From Tubiluchus corallicola (taxonomy: Eukaryota; Animalia; Priapulida), in assembly GCA_030141605.1 (NCBI GenBank), contig JAQGDQ010000137.1:124001-188000 (forward strand): a DNA stretch of 64,000 bases, read 5' to 3'. Numbering within the stretch: position 1 is the stretch's first letter; every line of letters starts with the position of its first letter. The notes under the pieces are model-generated. The model did not search any database and was not told the DNA's origin. It was given only the letters and a program-made list of their open reading frames with translations. Of the stretch, positions 50,301-63,000 are shown piece by piece. Position numbers and translations under genes: made by a program.

Positions 50301-53300
50301 ACAGGTCATGATGTTAGGGGCTTTGTGAGGCATTTTTGGATTTCAAAAATACACATCTTTGGTGTTTTAAATTGACATTGTAGAGATACTGTAGGCTGTA
50401 ATCATAAGGCTGAATTAAAGGTTAGCTCAAAATTTACTATCATTTCACTTGGTACTTATCAATTTGGGTGTATGTGAAATTTCTTGCTCTGTATTCCTCT
50501 GATTTTAGTGATAAAACTTTGTCTATTTTTTCAGATAAACTGGTTTTCCCATTAATACTTAAGTTATAGTTAATCTCCTTTGTTTTCTATCTCAGGTCAT
50601 GAAATCGAAAAGATTTCGAGCAGGTAAGGGTAAAATGCGAAACCGGCGTCGTGTTAAGCGATTAGGACCTCTTATCATTTACAGCAAAGATAACGGAATC
50701 CGACATGCTTTCAGAAATATTCCAGGTCAGTCACCATTTAATTCGACTTTCATTTTTGGTGTTGAGATTAATTATAGGTATTGCATCATTCAGTTGATCA
50801 TGTTGTTACAGAATGAAATGTGACATGTGTCAGTGATGAGAACATTTATTCTTCATGGTCCGTGTTGTTGATTTATAGTGATAAACACGAAGATCTGAGA
50901 ACATGTCACACTCTCATATTTCAATTGTGTTGTATTTTACTTGAAAATACTGACAGTTCATCGCCTTACAAGTGACAGTTGTACGTGCAAGTATTGAAAC
51001 TTTTAATTTGTAAAAATCATTTTTTAAATACAATTTGGAACCTGCACGATGCATTCCAATGCATTCATATTGTCTAAGGCAGGGTCCTACTCAGATCAGA
51101 TAGCCGTGCCAGGACCAGAACCTAGCACATTGTCAAGGCTACACCTCTAAAGTGAGCCATTCAATTGACAGAGATGTCTAGTCACATTAATGCGTTGTTA
51201 CATCCTCCCACCGCAAGGTAAACAGCCAGTAAAGGGAATTTCAAAGCTGTATTGAAAAAATGAGTGTACCTATATTTCCTATCTTTGACAGTGTTTAATG
51301 AACTTCACCGCGCAATTATATTAATTTTATCGGTAATGCTTTGAATTATAACTTCTGTTTTATCCCATTAGTACTATCTGGTGTTCTATTAGTACAAGAA
51401 TGACATGGAGTTCTTATTTTTAACAGGAATAACACTGATTAATGTTACTCAACTTAATCTGTTAAAAATCGCGCCTGGTGGCCATGTTGGACGTTTTTGC
51501 ATCTGGACAGAAAGCGCGTTTCGCAAGTTAGACATATTATATGGCACATGGAGGAAGCCTTCTCGGGCAAAAAATAATTACAAGTGAGTGCCGTATTTGT
51601 TAGGTAATAGAACTGCCTGATTTCAATTCGGAAATCTGAGCTTAACTTTATCACTTTTGGAAAAAATGAATGGTCCAATGTTAAGTTTATGTTTTAGAGT
51701 TATTGTGTACTAAATGTAACTAGAAAGTTTACTATGTGCTATTTTACTATACAAAAAAACTTAGTGGAGATTGTGTACTTTTGATGCGTATTCTCTCTAA
51801 AATCTAATTATTTCAGTTTGTTTCAATTTGTTGTTTGAATTTTTAAGCATGGATTTAAAAATGAAACATCTCAGTTTGTTTTACTATATAGTGATCATTT
51901 TTTTACATTGTAGTCTTCCAATGCCTAAAATGTCTAACAGTGATCTGTCAAGGCTTCTTAAAAGTGAAGAAATACAACAGGCAATACGACCGCCAAAGTA
52001 AGTAGAACAGCGGCAATATTTTTATTATGATATTGTTTAATAGTGTTAAACTGTTGTTTTATAACTTGATGAAAAATTTATTTATGATGTCGTTACCTAA
52101 GTCTGCCATTAAATATTGGTAAAGTGGCATGTTAAAAGATCTGTCTCCAATGATGATATCTAATTCTGCCATATGACAGTGCAATGAAATCATCTTTCCG
52201 TTCCATACTGAGGAGACATTGCATGAATTGTTGTGACTTTTTGAAGGATTTAAAGACATATGGATAAAAAAGTGGCAGCTTAATGTAGGTGTGTTAAATG
52301 ATGCAAAATTTGCGATATGGTAGCGGTACAATGTGGTATTTTTTCCAATGATACAATATCAATAATCTGTTTGATAAGTAGACGATACTGTATAATAAAT
52401 TATTTACAATGATGAAAGCAATACTGACTGTGTGGTGAGCTACTGTACAAGGAGTCTCATTGTATGGATTGAAACACTGCATGTTTTTGCTGACTGTTTC
52501 CCGATTAACGTATAGTTACATGTAATGTATGACAAAATTTTCTTTTTTGTTTAGTCATAAAATAATGTTAATGTGTGAGCTGCGCAGACTATTATATTAT
52601 ATGTAAATCTATTATTACGTAACATATTTATATGGACTGCACTGCCTACAGGTAACTAGGGAAATGTCTCTAAGAATACTGCAATTGGCATTGTGTGTCA
52701 CTAAACTGATTAAAGACACCCATTATTGCCGAAAGTACAGGAAGGTTATTCAAGGAACTTTATGAATAACATGCTTTTTTAATTTTTTGCAAAATTCCAG
52801 TAGATAAATGAAAAAGCAAAAAGATGTGAACTGATTTTATAAAGGTGAACGATAATCGGTAAATCACACCAAATTTTACACGATAACGATATTGCTAGAG
52901 TAATATCAATACGTATCGTTAGCGTCCCTAGCTTAATGCATGTAATTTGTATAGTAATCAGCATATATAATCATTGTACAGGTAGGACTATTGACATGTT
53001 CAATGTAATTGCAGCAACAATATGACAATTACATAGTTTTTGTGTAACTTGTCTGACATTGCATATGTTTACAGTAAAGTTGTGAAGCGTCATGTATTGA
53101 AGAAGAACCCATTGAAGAATCTGCGTGTGATGTTACGTCTTAATCCACATGCTGCCGTTCTGAAGAGAAATGCCATACTGACGGGGCAGAAGCGCAGAAG
53201 AGAAAAAGATGCAATTCTCGCTGAAAAACGTGGGGTATGTGTACATTTTCTTTTGCCCTTAGGCACTTCTTTACTTGTGCAACTGTGGCTTCCTATGTTT

Positions 53301-53949
53301 TGTAAGTTGAACTGTCCATCCGCTTTGATTCAGGATGGATTTATTTCTCTTTTATGAAATTCGACAAAGTTAATACCTATGAAGAAGCATGTAGATGCTG
53401 TTCAAATGTAGCACAAATCCATGAAAATTCAAAATTTTTACATTTCTGTTTTATTGCTCTATTAATGCCTCCTTTTTAACTTTGAGCCAAATTCACAGCA
53501 ATGGTATTTTAGGCCTTTTCTGTGTAATACAGTTTAATTATTGACAGTCTAGGATTTTCAGCCTAATTGCAATCCATTTTAAGCTTTAAATATCTTGATA
53601 ATTCTCCCAAAAGGGAGGTTTGAAGCTCGAGATAGGGATTTTTTTGCAACCAATATTGTACGTCAAACCTTTTTATATCACTTACTTTAGGACTACAAAA
53701 AAGTTGCCAATATAGCCAGATGAATTGATATATGTGTATCTGTGCGAACATACGAATTTTGTTTTGCTCAGAATTTGTGCATTAAGTTTTGTTATAACAA
53801 GGTTTGATTATATAATAAAGAGATTGATTTGCAGAACATGATTTTGCTGTTGATTGTTTGCACTTTCTTTCTTTTTTCAGTTGTCAACTGACGACAGCAC
53901 TCCAAAAAAAGGCAAAGCAACAGCGAAGAAAGGCAAAAGCAAGAAGTAG
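47317..53949 (+). CDS. RPL4: 60S ribosomal protein L4 (uL4), 9 coding exons, ~383 aa
   Basis: Exons 47317-47319 (ATG only), 48345-48522, 49149-49394, 49893-50017, 50596-50725, 51427-51583, 51914-51997, 53075-53234, 53881-53949 (1152 nt). Hallmarks [87 protein letters not shown] at 53992-53997. Confidence 0.97.
48792..48868 (+). ncRNA. SNORD47: C/D box snoRNA, SNORD47 (U47)-like, RPL4 intron 2
   Basis: Terminal stem TGTCTCC/GGAGACA, C box ATGATGT, guide ATTCTGCCA + D' ATGA, internal CCGTTCC, D box CTGA. Same layout as recalled human U47; the guide pairs with 28S UGGCAGAAU. Confidence 0.85.
49520..49665 (-). mobile_element. tRNA-derived SINE fragment (same family as 56661-56860)
   Basis: Minus strand GGGTTCAAGTC B box followed by TTAGACTTTCTAAT...TAC.GCTTT, shared with the copy at ~56700-56780. 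Confidence 0.65.
49727..49816 (+). ncRNA. SNORD18: C/D box snoRNA, SNORD18 (U18)-like, RPL4 intron 3
   Basis: Stem ATGTGGTA/TACCACAT, C box GTGATGA (49740), guide TGGTTCGTGTT + D' TTGA, C' GTGATAA, D box CTGA (49800), ~90 nt upstream of the 3' splice site. Confidence 0.85.
50819..50910 (+). ncRNA. SNORD18: C/D box snoRNA, SNORD18 (U18)-like, RPL4 intron 5
   Basis: 10-bp stem TGTGACATGT/ACATGTCACA, C box GTGATGA (50833), guide TGGTCCGTGTT (complementary to 28S AACACGGACCA, the U18 guide), D' TTGA, D box CTGA (50895). Confidence 0.9.
52142..52218 (+). ncRNA. SNORD47: C/D box snoRNA, SNORD47 (U47)-like, RPL4 intron 7
   Basis: Second copy with the same TGTCTCC/GGAGACA stem, a perfect C box ATGATGA, guide TAATTCTGCCA, CCGTTCC and D box CTGA. 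Confidence 0.85.
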
Positions 53950-56660
53950 TCGGCAGCTGTACTTCTTGTATGTATGGAAGATGGAAATCTAAATAAATTA
54001 CCTTCTTCCCGGGAACATTTTGTTTGTGTTTTAATTTATTACACTTCATCTGTATTGCTAGTACATTATATTCCACAAAAAATAGCAAAACCACAAGGTT
54101 TTATTAACAGGTACATAATTTATTATTATATATTTACACAACAACTTAACATAATTATTATTCTACTGGCCTGATTTTAAACGACAGCAAACCAGTTTTT
54201 CTTTTAGGTGCTAGCAATGACTAGCTGCACACACCTGCAATAATAGCACAACAAATTTAGGTTACACCAACAAGAGTAGCATTGGGACAAGTACAAATCT
54301 GAAGACTTTGACAGAGAAGACCAGGTGCATCTAACAGTAATCAAAAGTGAATATTTAGTTCAACTAATATCATTGCATTTTCAGTGACTTAGTATAAAAG
54401 CATTATATATTTTTCAATTCGTTCCAGCAGGAAATAAGGTTGCAGGCCAATACGTATCATAAACTGCTAGACAGAAATGGGTTATAATGACGGCACTTTG
54501 ACCAATAACAAATGAATAGAATTATTGTCACAACACAGGAAACGGACAGTATTAGTGTAGCAATTGTTCACTATTCCGACAAGGACAGTCATGCAAAAGA
54601 CAGCATACCCTCAGATTGACATATCAAATTTATGCAGGAAATGATGGAACAAGGCCCCCTTAACACTAATTTCATTACGCATCTAAATCTCACTGAAAAT
54701 TGTGACTAACATGTACATAACATTTTACATATATTAATAAAATGCAAACACCTTGGATATGGCACTTTAATAGTTGATTTCTGTTTAACCAATACACTCG
54801 TCAGTTATAAAATATTCTGCAACCAGCGGTACATGATTATCAAATTGTATTGCAGTACAGCGATGGTCTATTCTATTCTATAGTATTACAATAGTTGAAA
54901 TCAGTTTGCCGTAATTATATAGCTTTAAAATGTGTTTCCCTGAAAGTTTGCAAAACAGTGCATATATTTACTTGACTGCATCTTGCAATGTAAAGATTCA
55001 TTAGCCTGTAAAAAGCTGTAGGTAATAATACAGTGGAGTAGTTAGGCAAAAAGGCAATCTATCCCACATTTTGCACGTGCTTGTGCAGATGTGATCAATA
55101 AGTGAGTGTTCACTAAAAAATCGGCTTATTGTTTAAATAAATATGCTAATAAATTAACTGCCTAAAATACCCTGTTTACAAAGTAAAAGCAGTATTTATT
55201 TTACTGTATGTTGAGTATTTATCTTACACGATATATTTTCTTAAGTATGCATACTACAACTTCAAGGTGCTTACAACAACTAACATTAACACATGTCGCC
55301 CTTTTAAAAGACTTGTCCTGAGGCTAAAAAATGTGTCCCAAACATTGTAATTCTGGGGATAACAAATATACACTCCGAAAGTCCCAGAAAATAATTTCTG
55401 TCTTGAACCTACAATTTGATAAGGTACGAATTGTAATCATTTAGCATCAAACTTCTGCCAGTAGTATAATCTCAGCCTTCCTTTTGAGACCCGAGTTTTG
55501 GACAAAAAGTTGCTTCCAAATCCAAGTAGAATACATGTACTAAGTTAATGTGATCTAAGATTTATGAATACATCAAGTAAATGTCGAGTTCATAAATTAT
55601 TCATGTCATAAACACACTATTTTCAGCTACAAACTCAGGACTTCAAGTAACGTACATCAAAATGCTTATAAAGCACTTGGGAGTATTATGTAATAAATGT
55701 TTTAGAAGTGAATAAATAAGTTCGCTTCCACACAATAATGTAAAAACTGTTTTACATCTGATTTAACAAGTATACATCACATTTACAATTATATCCTTGC
55801 AGGTTTATACAATATCACAAGTTTACTAAACTATTTATTGCAAAGCATTGGAATGTTAAAATGCATAGCAAGGAATCAAACATACAGTTTTTGATTTTTT
55901 CATACTAAGAACCATTAATTATTAAACTTAATAAATAAGCTTCAGCAACATATAATTGAATTTTTAAGTACAAAGCGTAACAATAATTAATACTTGAATG
56001 TCACAAGCTCAATCATCAAAAATTATTACTTGAGTGGATAAGATGGCTTATTTTTAATCAATGCATACATAAAGATTTGTTTATGCACTTTGCATTTGTC
56101 AAAAATAAGACTGCAGGAAAAATTTCAACAAGTGCTAAAAAACAAATTTTAGATGAAGAAAATAGACAAGGATGTAGCATAATAGGAGCAAAAAGTCAGA
56201 ACAAAGCGAAAAAAATGAGAAAGTTTTTATTGAAAAATAGTAAGTTATTAAAGAAACAAACACTGATCTGTTTGGAATCTCACCTTAATGCTCTCTGCAC
56301 TTCTTATTTTTGTTGTGAAAGAATCAGACAAATGTGAATGTTGTAACTGTGACAAAGGGATTTAATTGTCACTGTGTTCCTAAAAACTAAGTCAAATGGC
56401 ATTCTATTAAGCATAAATTTGCATAATTAGAGCCAGGAAGATAAAAATGTAAACTTTTCATGAATTAAGTTTTTAACACTAAATACACCGGAGGCTGAAC
56501 AACACATGATTTTCAAGTGAAGTAACATTTTCATTTAAAAAGAATGTTCTAAAACTTGCAAAAGTTCAACTGTTAGCTATAGAACAGATTTTTCTAAATA
56601 CTCATTTGAAAGACTTCTAGTGCCTTATAGACTAAATTTCTGAGTCTAAAAAAATCAATT

Positions 56661-56860
56661 GCCTCTGTGTGGTGCAGTGGCTAGCATAACTGCCCAGAAA
56701 GCAAAATGTTTTGGGTTCGATTCACAGTACAGGTGCAAAAGTACTTAGACTTTCTAATTTGATACTGCTTTCGTGTAACCAAATGTTTTCCCTTTATTGG
56801 GTTTGAATATCGTTAATTATAGGTGGTGTGGTTGGCACAGATGCTTACTTGATATTAAAT
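56661..56860 (+). mobile_element. tRNA-derived SINE
   Basis: A box TGGTGCAGTGG and B box GGGTTCGATTC at tRNA-like spacing, followed by a body shared with 49520-49665. Confidence 0.7.
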
Positions 56861-57042
56861 TTACATTTTGCCATTTCTTTGTCACAACTTCAGCATTTCC
56901 CACACTTTCCAAGTGTTGGTGGTCATTCTAAGTAGATGGCACTGCTGCTCTGACTGGTGTTAAAATGAGAAAACATGTCTACAGTCAACCAAACAATATA
57001 ACATTATGGTACACAACAATGTCGAACCTAATGAAACTAATC

Positions 57043-60000
57043 TCACAATTCGAATATATCATCATTTCCGTCCTGTGCAACTTTACGTAGTGATGACCGT
57101 ACGTGCTTTGGTGAGGGTTTGCAGGTTATACACAAGTCTGTCTCTTGTATATCTGGCGTTCGCCCTAACCGAGGGCTGTTAAGTAGTCGAGCCGTTTTCT
57201 GCTTTTTCTGCTTTTTAGGTAAATCCGGATCATGAAAACTAAAATCAACAAACAACAAGGGTAAATAAACTTATAATAATATGTATTTGTGTTTCACAAC
57301 AAACACAAAGACAAAAGGCCACCTAAAGCTACAGACCTAAACATTGCATTTATACAGTTTACAAATGAAAGCATTCTCATTTGGGTACATGTAACAAATA
57401 CCGGTTTCATATTTCCTTGGCACATAGCTTAAAGGGATTTTTCTCCACAACCACGTGCCTAGAATATGTTAAATATCTCTCCTGATAAAAAGAACTTTAA
57501 TACATGATCGTATATTTTTCTACGCCATGCAAAGCTTCATTGGTTCAAGTGGCTAGCTACTGTCAAATGGCCAGAGTCACTCAAATAACTAACAGTCAGA
57601 AAACTCAGTGGATAGTTTGTGAACCTTATTTTAAAATGCACCAAACAACAGAAAATAGAAAATTGTACCATGGGTGCTCATTTCTAAGAAACTATAATGA
57701 TGGACTTCTGAGAAAACTTAACAAGTACTATTCAGATTTTCATATTACTTCTGGTTTGACCAAGAATTTTGGAAAATCATCATAAAATGAGGGGGTTCGG
57801 AAAAATCTACATATAACATTATCGAGGCTCAACTCTATGTAATGAAGGAGTGATTCAATGCAAATTTACAAAATCCATTTAAAAAACAAAAAAAACTTTC
57901 ACAGATTTATAAGATTTTTTATATCCTAACTTGTTTTACAAAACACTACAATATCTACTGCTAATTTGTAAAACTTACGATGAATCTGACTCCATTTTTT
58001 CGACTTGACTTCGAATCTGTGCTGTTGTACAGTCTATTTTTTGTAAAAAGTCAAACACTGTCATTTCTGGCGGTTCTTCGTGCACTGCACCATCAACTGG
58101 TGACTCGGCAGATATATTTTGATTAGATGAACTCAACGATGAATTTGAATCCGTCGTAACACTACATCCAGCACCATTGGTTTCCGGTACCCAGTCTGCC
58201 GACAAAGGATGACTAAGCTGTTCACTTGAAGATGAAGAGGAGGAAGAAATTTTTGGCCCAGCCGATACCGGAGGTGATACACCGTTTGTCCTTAAAGCCA
58301 GGTACAGTTCTTCCTGTTCAATTGGCACAGGTATCTTTAACGTTTCATGTAAAAATAAACTGTCATTTGTCCATAAACGATTTGCCCGCTTTATTTGTTC
58401 CATCTAAAAGACAAGAAACAAACACGCTATCATGCAGTAGTTCAAGCTTCAAATTCTTCACTGTGAATGGGTTAAATGTCCACCAATTTCCCACATTTAT
58501 GTCTGTGGTGGCTGCCTCAAGGTTGCTTAATAACAAAAGACCTTCATTTAATAACTCTAAATGAATAGATTTTGCCACAACAGGACTTGGGGGATTAGGC
58601 AGACCGGTTACTACATACAAAAGGAACAAAGGGCACTGGTGAACTAACAGGTAGCTGGTCTATTAGCTTTACTGGACATAAGAACAATTTACACCTGGTT
58701 CTGTCAATTCAACAGCCTTGAATCAGGGTAATCTGAAATTGCTACTCTGGTCCAGTCATACCTAATTACAAAATCTTTAATTTAAAAGAACTTATAACAC
58801 AGTAATGCATTCATGCTCAAAGAACATCAAACTTTACATTTGGCTCACAACATCAAAATTATTTGTTATCTAGAGTCTATACTTTGACTTTTCAATTATA
58901 ATCCAGAAATTAATACTATAGTAAGCTTATCATTAACTTACTATGCTTGTGCCTAGTCTCACAAGAATTAGTTCTAAGAAATAAACTAAAAAAACACTGA
59001 GTTAGGTTTTCTAAGCACCAAAATAAATTGCAGTTCTGTTGCAACTTATCCCATTAAACATGAGAAACAATCACCAGAAAAAAAAGCATACAAAAATATT
59101 TATACAAAAAATACAAAAATGAAAAGGTACTTAAAGGAGAAGAAAAGGGAATCTTAAAGTCTGTCCCAAAAACGTTCAATACGAAGTTATATTAATTAGA
59201 ATTATGCATACCTGTCTGGAAAACTTACATAGCTGGAAAAGAAAATTCTTAATTGAAATTAAGTTTGGTACGTACAAGTGTTGTTCTCTGCTGTCTGCCA
59301 TGGACAATGTAATGGTTTAGCGATTTAAGTAGGTGACTGTAGATAAAATGGATGATTTAGAGTTTAGCTGCACAGTTTATACAAATTATACTGGCTACAC
59401 TGAACATCAGCCATCTAAGTTTTTCATCAAATTTTCATTTTACAACAAAAGCAAATATGAATGTTCAACAACTGCATGAAGTATAAACACTTTCCAGCTT
59501 CGGGGATAATTGACTGACATTAATCGAAAATGAAGTGAAATATTTAAATTAAACTAGATTGCTGTTTATGACCAAGTCGTAAACTTAAGATTCTGCAATA
59601 TCACTGTAACTGCAAGTGCCGACTTAATCTCTATTTCAACAACATAATTTTGCTATCGGTGAATTCCCCATGCTGATTATCTAACAATTGCATTTTGTTT
59701 CATTGAAATTGCAGATCGTGACATCTGATCCATGACCTTGGGTCAGGGTCAATATGGTTGCCCTCATGTTAGACACAACGTGCTCTTAAACACACACAAT
59801 GGAAGGGGTAGATCTCACAACACAACCAATTAATGCATAATAATTGTTTATTCCTGATAGAGATATAAATGTTATAAAGATCTTGTGTCATTTACAAACA
59901 AACCATCTCCAATTATATCCGCTAACAACCTGATGCTTATTGCGATATGTCGATTCCAACAGTGGAATCGTGTCACCCATCCGCACTCATCAAAATCTAA

Positions 60001-63000
60001 CACAGAAAGGGCAAATAAATTGCGCCTTCGCTCAATCACATGGTTTACCGACATACACACATCGGAGCATTGTTTAATGATTTTGTTCATCGCCGTGGTC
60101 AATGTATCGCCACTATCTCAGCTTTAGATATATAATTGAGGACTAGACTAAAACAATGAAATTGGCTTCAGTCACAGTTACAGTCAACCAGGCCTACCTA
60201 TAGATTCCTTTCAATTTGTCTCGTCGAAACCTTTCACTTGATATATTACAAGTCACAATTCTTCCAGGCTAAAAATCACCTGTGACAACCTATCCAGTTT
60301 CAGTTTTTGGCCTCTAGCAATAGAAATAAGCAATGTTCAGTCATGTATAAGAAGTTGGGCCATTTAACCACATACCAAAATTTTTGGCCCTAACAAAAAT
60401 TGTAGGAGCAAATAGAGCCTAACTAAAAAAGATGTATGTCTGCTGTCCTAGTCTCTTTGACTGAGGTCATCGCTCGGTAAGCCATTGTCTGAAGCCAGCC
60501 CCCAGTACCCGCCCTTTTACCTTTGCAAATTTCATAATTCCAGTTTATTTATTTTTGCATTTATTGACAAAACTGTTTTAACACTTTTGGCAATGTCATG
60601 TGACTACTTGTCTAAAAATACTGCACATCTACTCTTACTCTGTTACAAATACATGCAAAAACATTGACTCCTTGTCCAATACTATAAGAGGAGTTGAGTG
60701 ACAAAGCCGTTCACCCTAATTTTCATATTTTGCTCCTATCTCGGAACTTTCATAGACGCCAATTTCTGAAAAATACTTAATGCTTGTGTTACCTGCACGA
60801 AAAGAGTTTTGAATTTAACTCAAAGCCCTAAAAGGAGTTGGGTAATAATTGAAACACTGACCAATGTCCACTGTACTTGACCCTAATGCTATATGCAGAA
60901 TCTTACCGGGTAATTCATTTTTCCAATACTTAGGTACATCATTCTTTGAAATAACTATGAAACTACAGCCAGATTAAAAAATATTTGAAAGAGCAAAAAA
61001 ATAATGTTGTGGCAAAAAAACTAATGTAAATATTTTTAATTTGTTCAGGGAATAAGTTGTTGCCATATTGCTAGATACAATGATTTTTTAAGTTACATTT
61101 CATAAACGTAAATTTTAGATAAATTTGCTAAATTTTTGTGCCAATTCTGTTTTGACAGGCAGTGGTAAGAAGTGAGAAAAAGTTGTGTTAATACATGGCT
61201 GGCCTATAGCTTACCCAAATACGCTTAAGGGACAGACAATGGATATATATCTGCTGCACTAACTAGTAATGGTACGTTACATTCTCTGATCATAAGCTTT
61301 TATTTTAAAGTGTATTAAACCACCAAGAGTTCTTAGACAAATATCATTGTCATTCAATATTCACAGGATTTCAGCTACTAGATTTGACAAAAGTAAGCAA
61401 TGATTAAGTAAGATCTGGAAAGACTGATGGAGACCAGGGACAAAAGTTTATTCTAATAAATTGTTATAAACCTGTACAGTTATAGTGCATTATATAATAT
61501 ATTAAATAATGCTAAATTCAATCTTATCTTTCAGATTCAAAAGGACCTAGAGCTGAACTTGGTTATTTCACATGCAAAAGGCCAACAGTGAAACTAAATT
61601 TTACATGTGTTATAAAACATCCATTCCACCTTTGCAATTTCAGATTAACAAATTTCTTTAACAGTAAAATTGGGGCAGCAATCTCCAATCCCAATTTAAA
61701 AAAAAGGAAAAAATGATGAAAGGACACAGTTTAGATTGGTCAAAAGGTAGTTAACAATAGCGAAAAACATGGGTCAACGAAAGTAATAGAGGGGTGCAAG
61801 AGAAAGGACATCGAATGACAAACTGTCCCTCTATACAAAGCAGTCGTTCGTCCTATTTTGGAATTTGCATCAGTGGTGTGGTCATTAGCAGTTTGTAACT
61901 CTCAAAGATGCTTTGGAGAAAACTCAAGACAGATGTATGAGGCTAGTCCATGATGCAGATCCTGCAGTTATGTCCACTTTGGAACAAAGCCTTGCAAAGT
62001 CTAAAAGACCTGACCACAACGCGGTTATTGACGGTCTCTCCTCAACAATTTGTGAAATTGCGGCAGATTTGATGTGTCAACTGTTTCACTATTAAGTGAA
62101 TTTCAAGGGCCCACAACACGAGAAGAGAAGAAATGAGGTCTGCTATTAGTGTGAGAGTATTGTACAAATAATTTAGAATTGTGTCCACGTAAATTACGTA
62201 GTGGTCTAGAAAAAATTTGTCACTACGCAAAACAGAACTCCCACTAATGACTTTATAACAGTTAATAAGATCTATAGTATCACAGCATTGTTCAAGAGAA
62301 GATACAGAGTCAGGTTGAATATCACAGGCCAGACTAATACATCTCCATTGAGTTCTTTCTAAAGCATTTTAAGAGTAACATGCTATGGTGACCAAACAAC
62401 ACGTATATTTTAGTATTGGCCTAACTACAGCTTTATAAAGATGTACAATAACTTTTGCACTATGTGATGAAATGCAGTGTTTTATCATTCCAATGCGTCT
62501 ATTAGCCCGAGAAATAATATACTCAATATGTGAGTTCCACTTCAGGTTGCTTGAGATTAATACCCCTAAATCACGTACAACTGATTTTTCTTCAATAACA
62601 CCATCTCTCAGATAATAAGGTATTACAGAATTAAAATGAATACAAGTGAGCTGCATTTACTACGTTTGAGGAACATTAACATAGTTGTCACACCACCGCT
62701 TAATTTCAGACAGGTCAGCTGGTAAGATCTCTTGATCAGAGGAATTTCTAATTGGACGGTAAGGTTTTATATCACCAACAAACAGTGTTATACATGTGCA
62801 GGGAATACATAGTAACATCACTGATAAATATAAGAAAACAATAAGGTGCCCGACAAAGTCCATTGAGGAATGCCACTGGTTACATTTCTCCAGGAAGTGG
62901 TTACACCATTTCCCTTCTGTGTGTTAAAAAATAATGAAATCATTGGAGTAGTTTCCCTCTTATATCAACAAATTCCATTTTCAACATGACACGACAAAGA

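Noticed and set aside
52083-52110. ATGATGTCGT as the start of SNORD16
   Set aside because: The U16 guide (AATTTGCG) and D box do not follow; it lies in the duplicated flank of the U47-like copy.
59550-59930. AACTAG...TGACCTTG-containing segment as a Helitron-type element
   Set aside because: Suggestive motifs only; no termini, hairpin or second full copy in the window.
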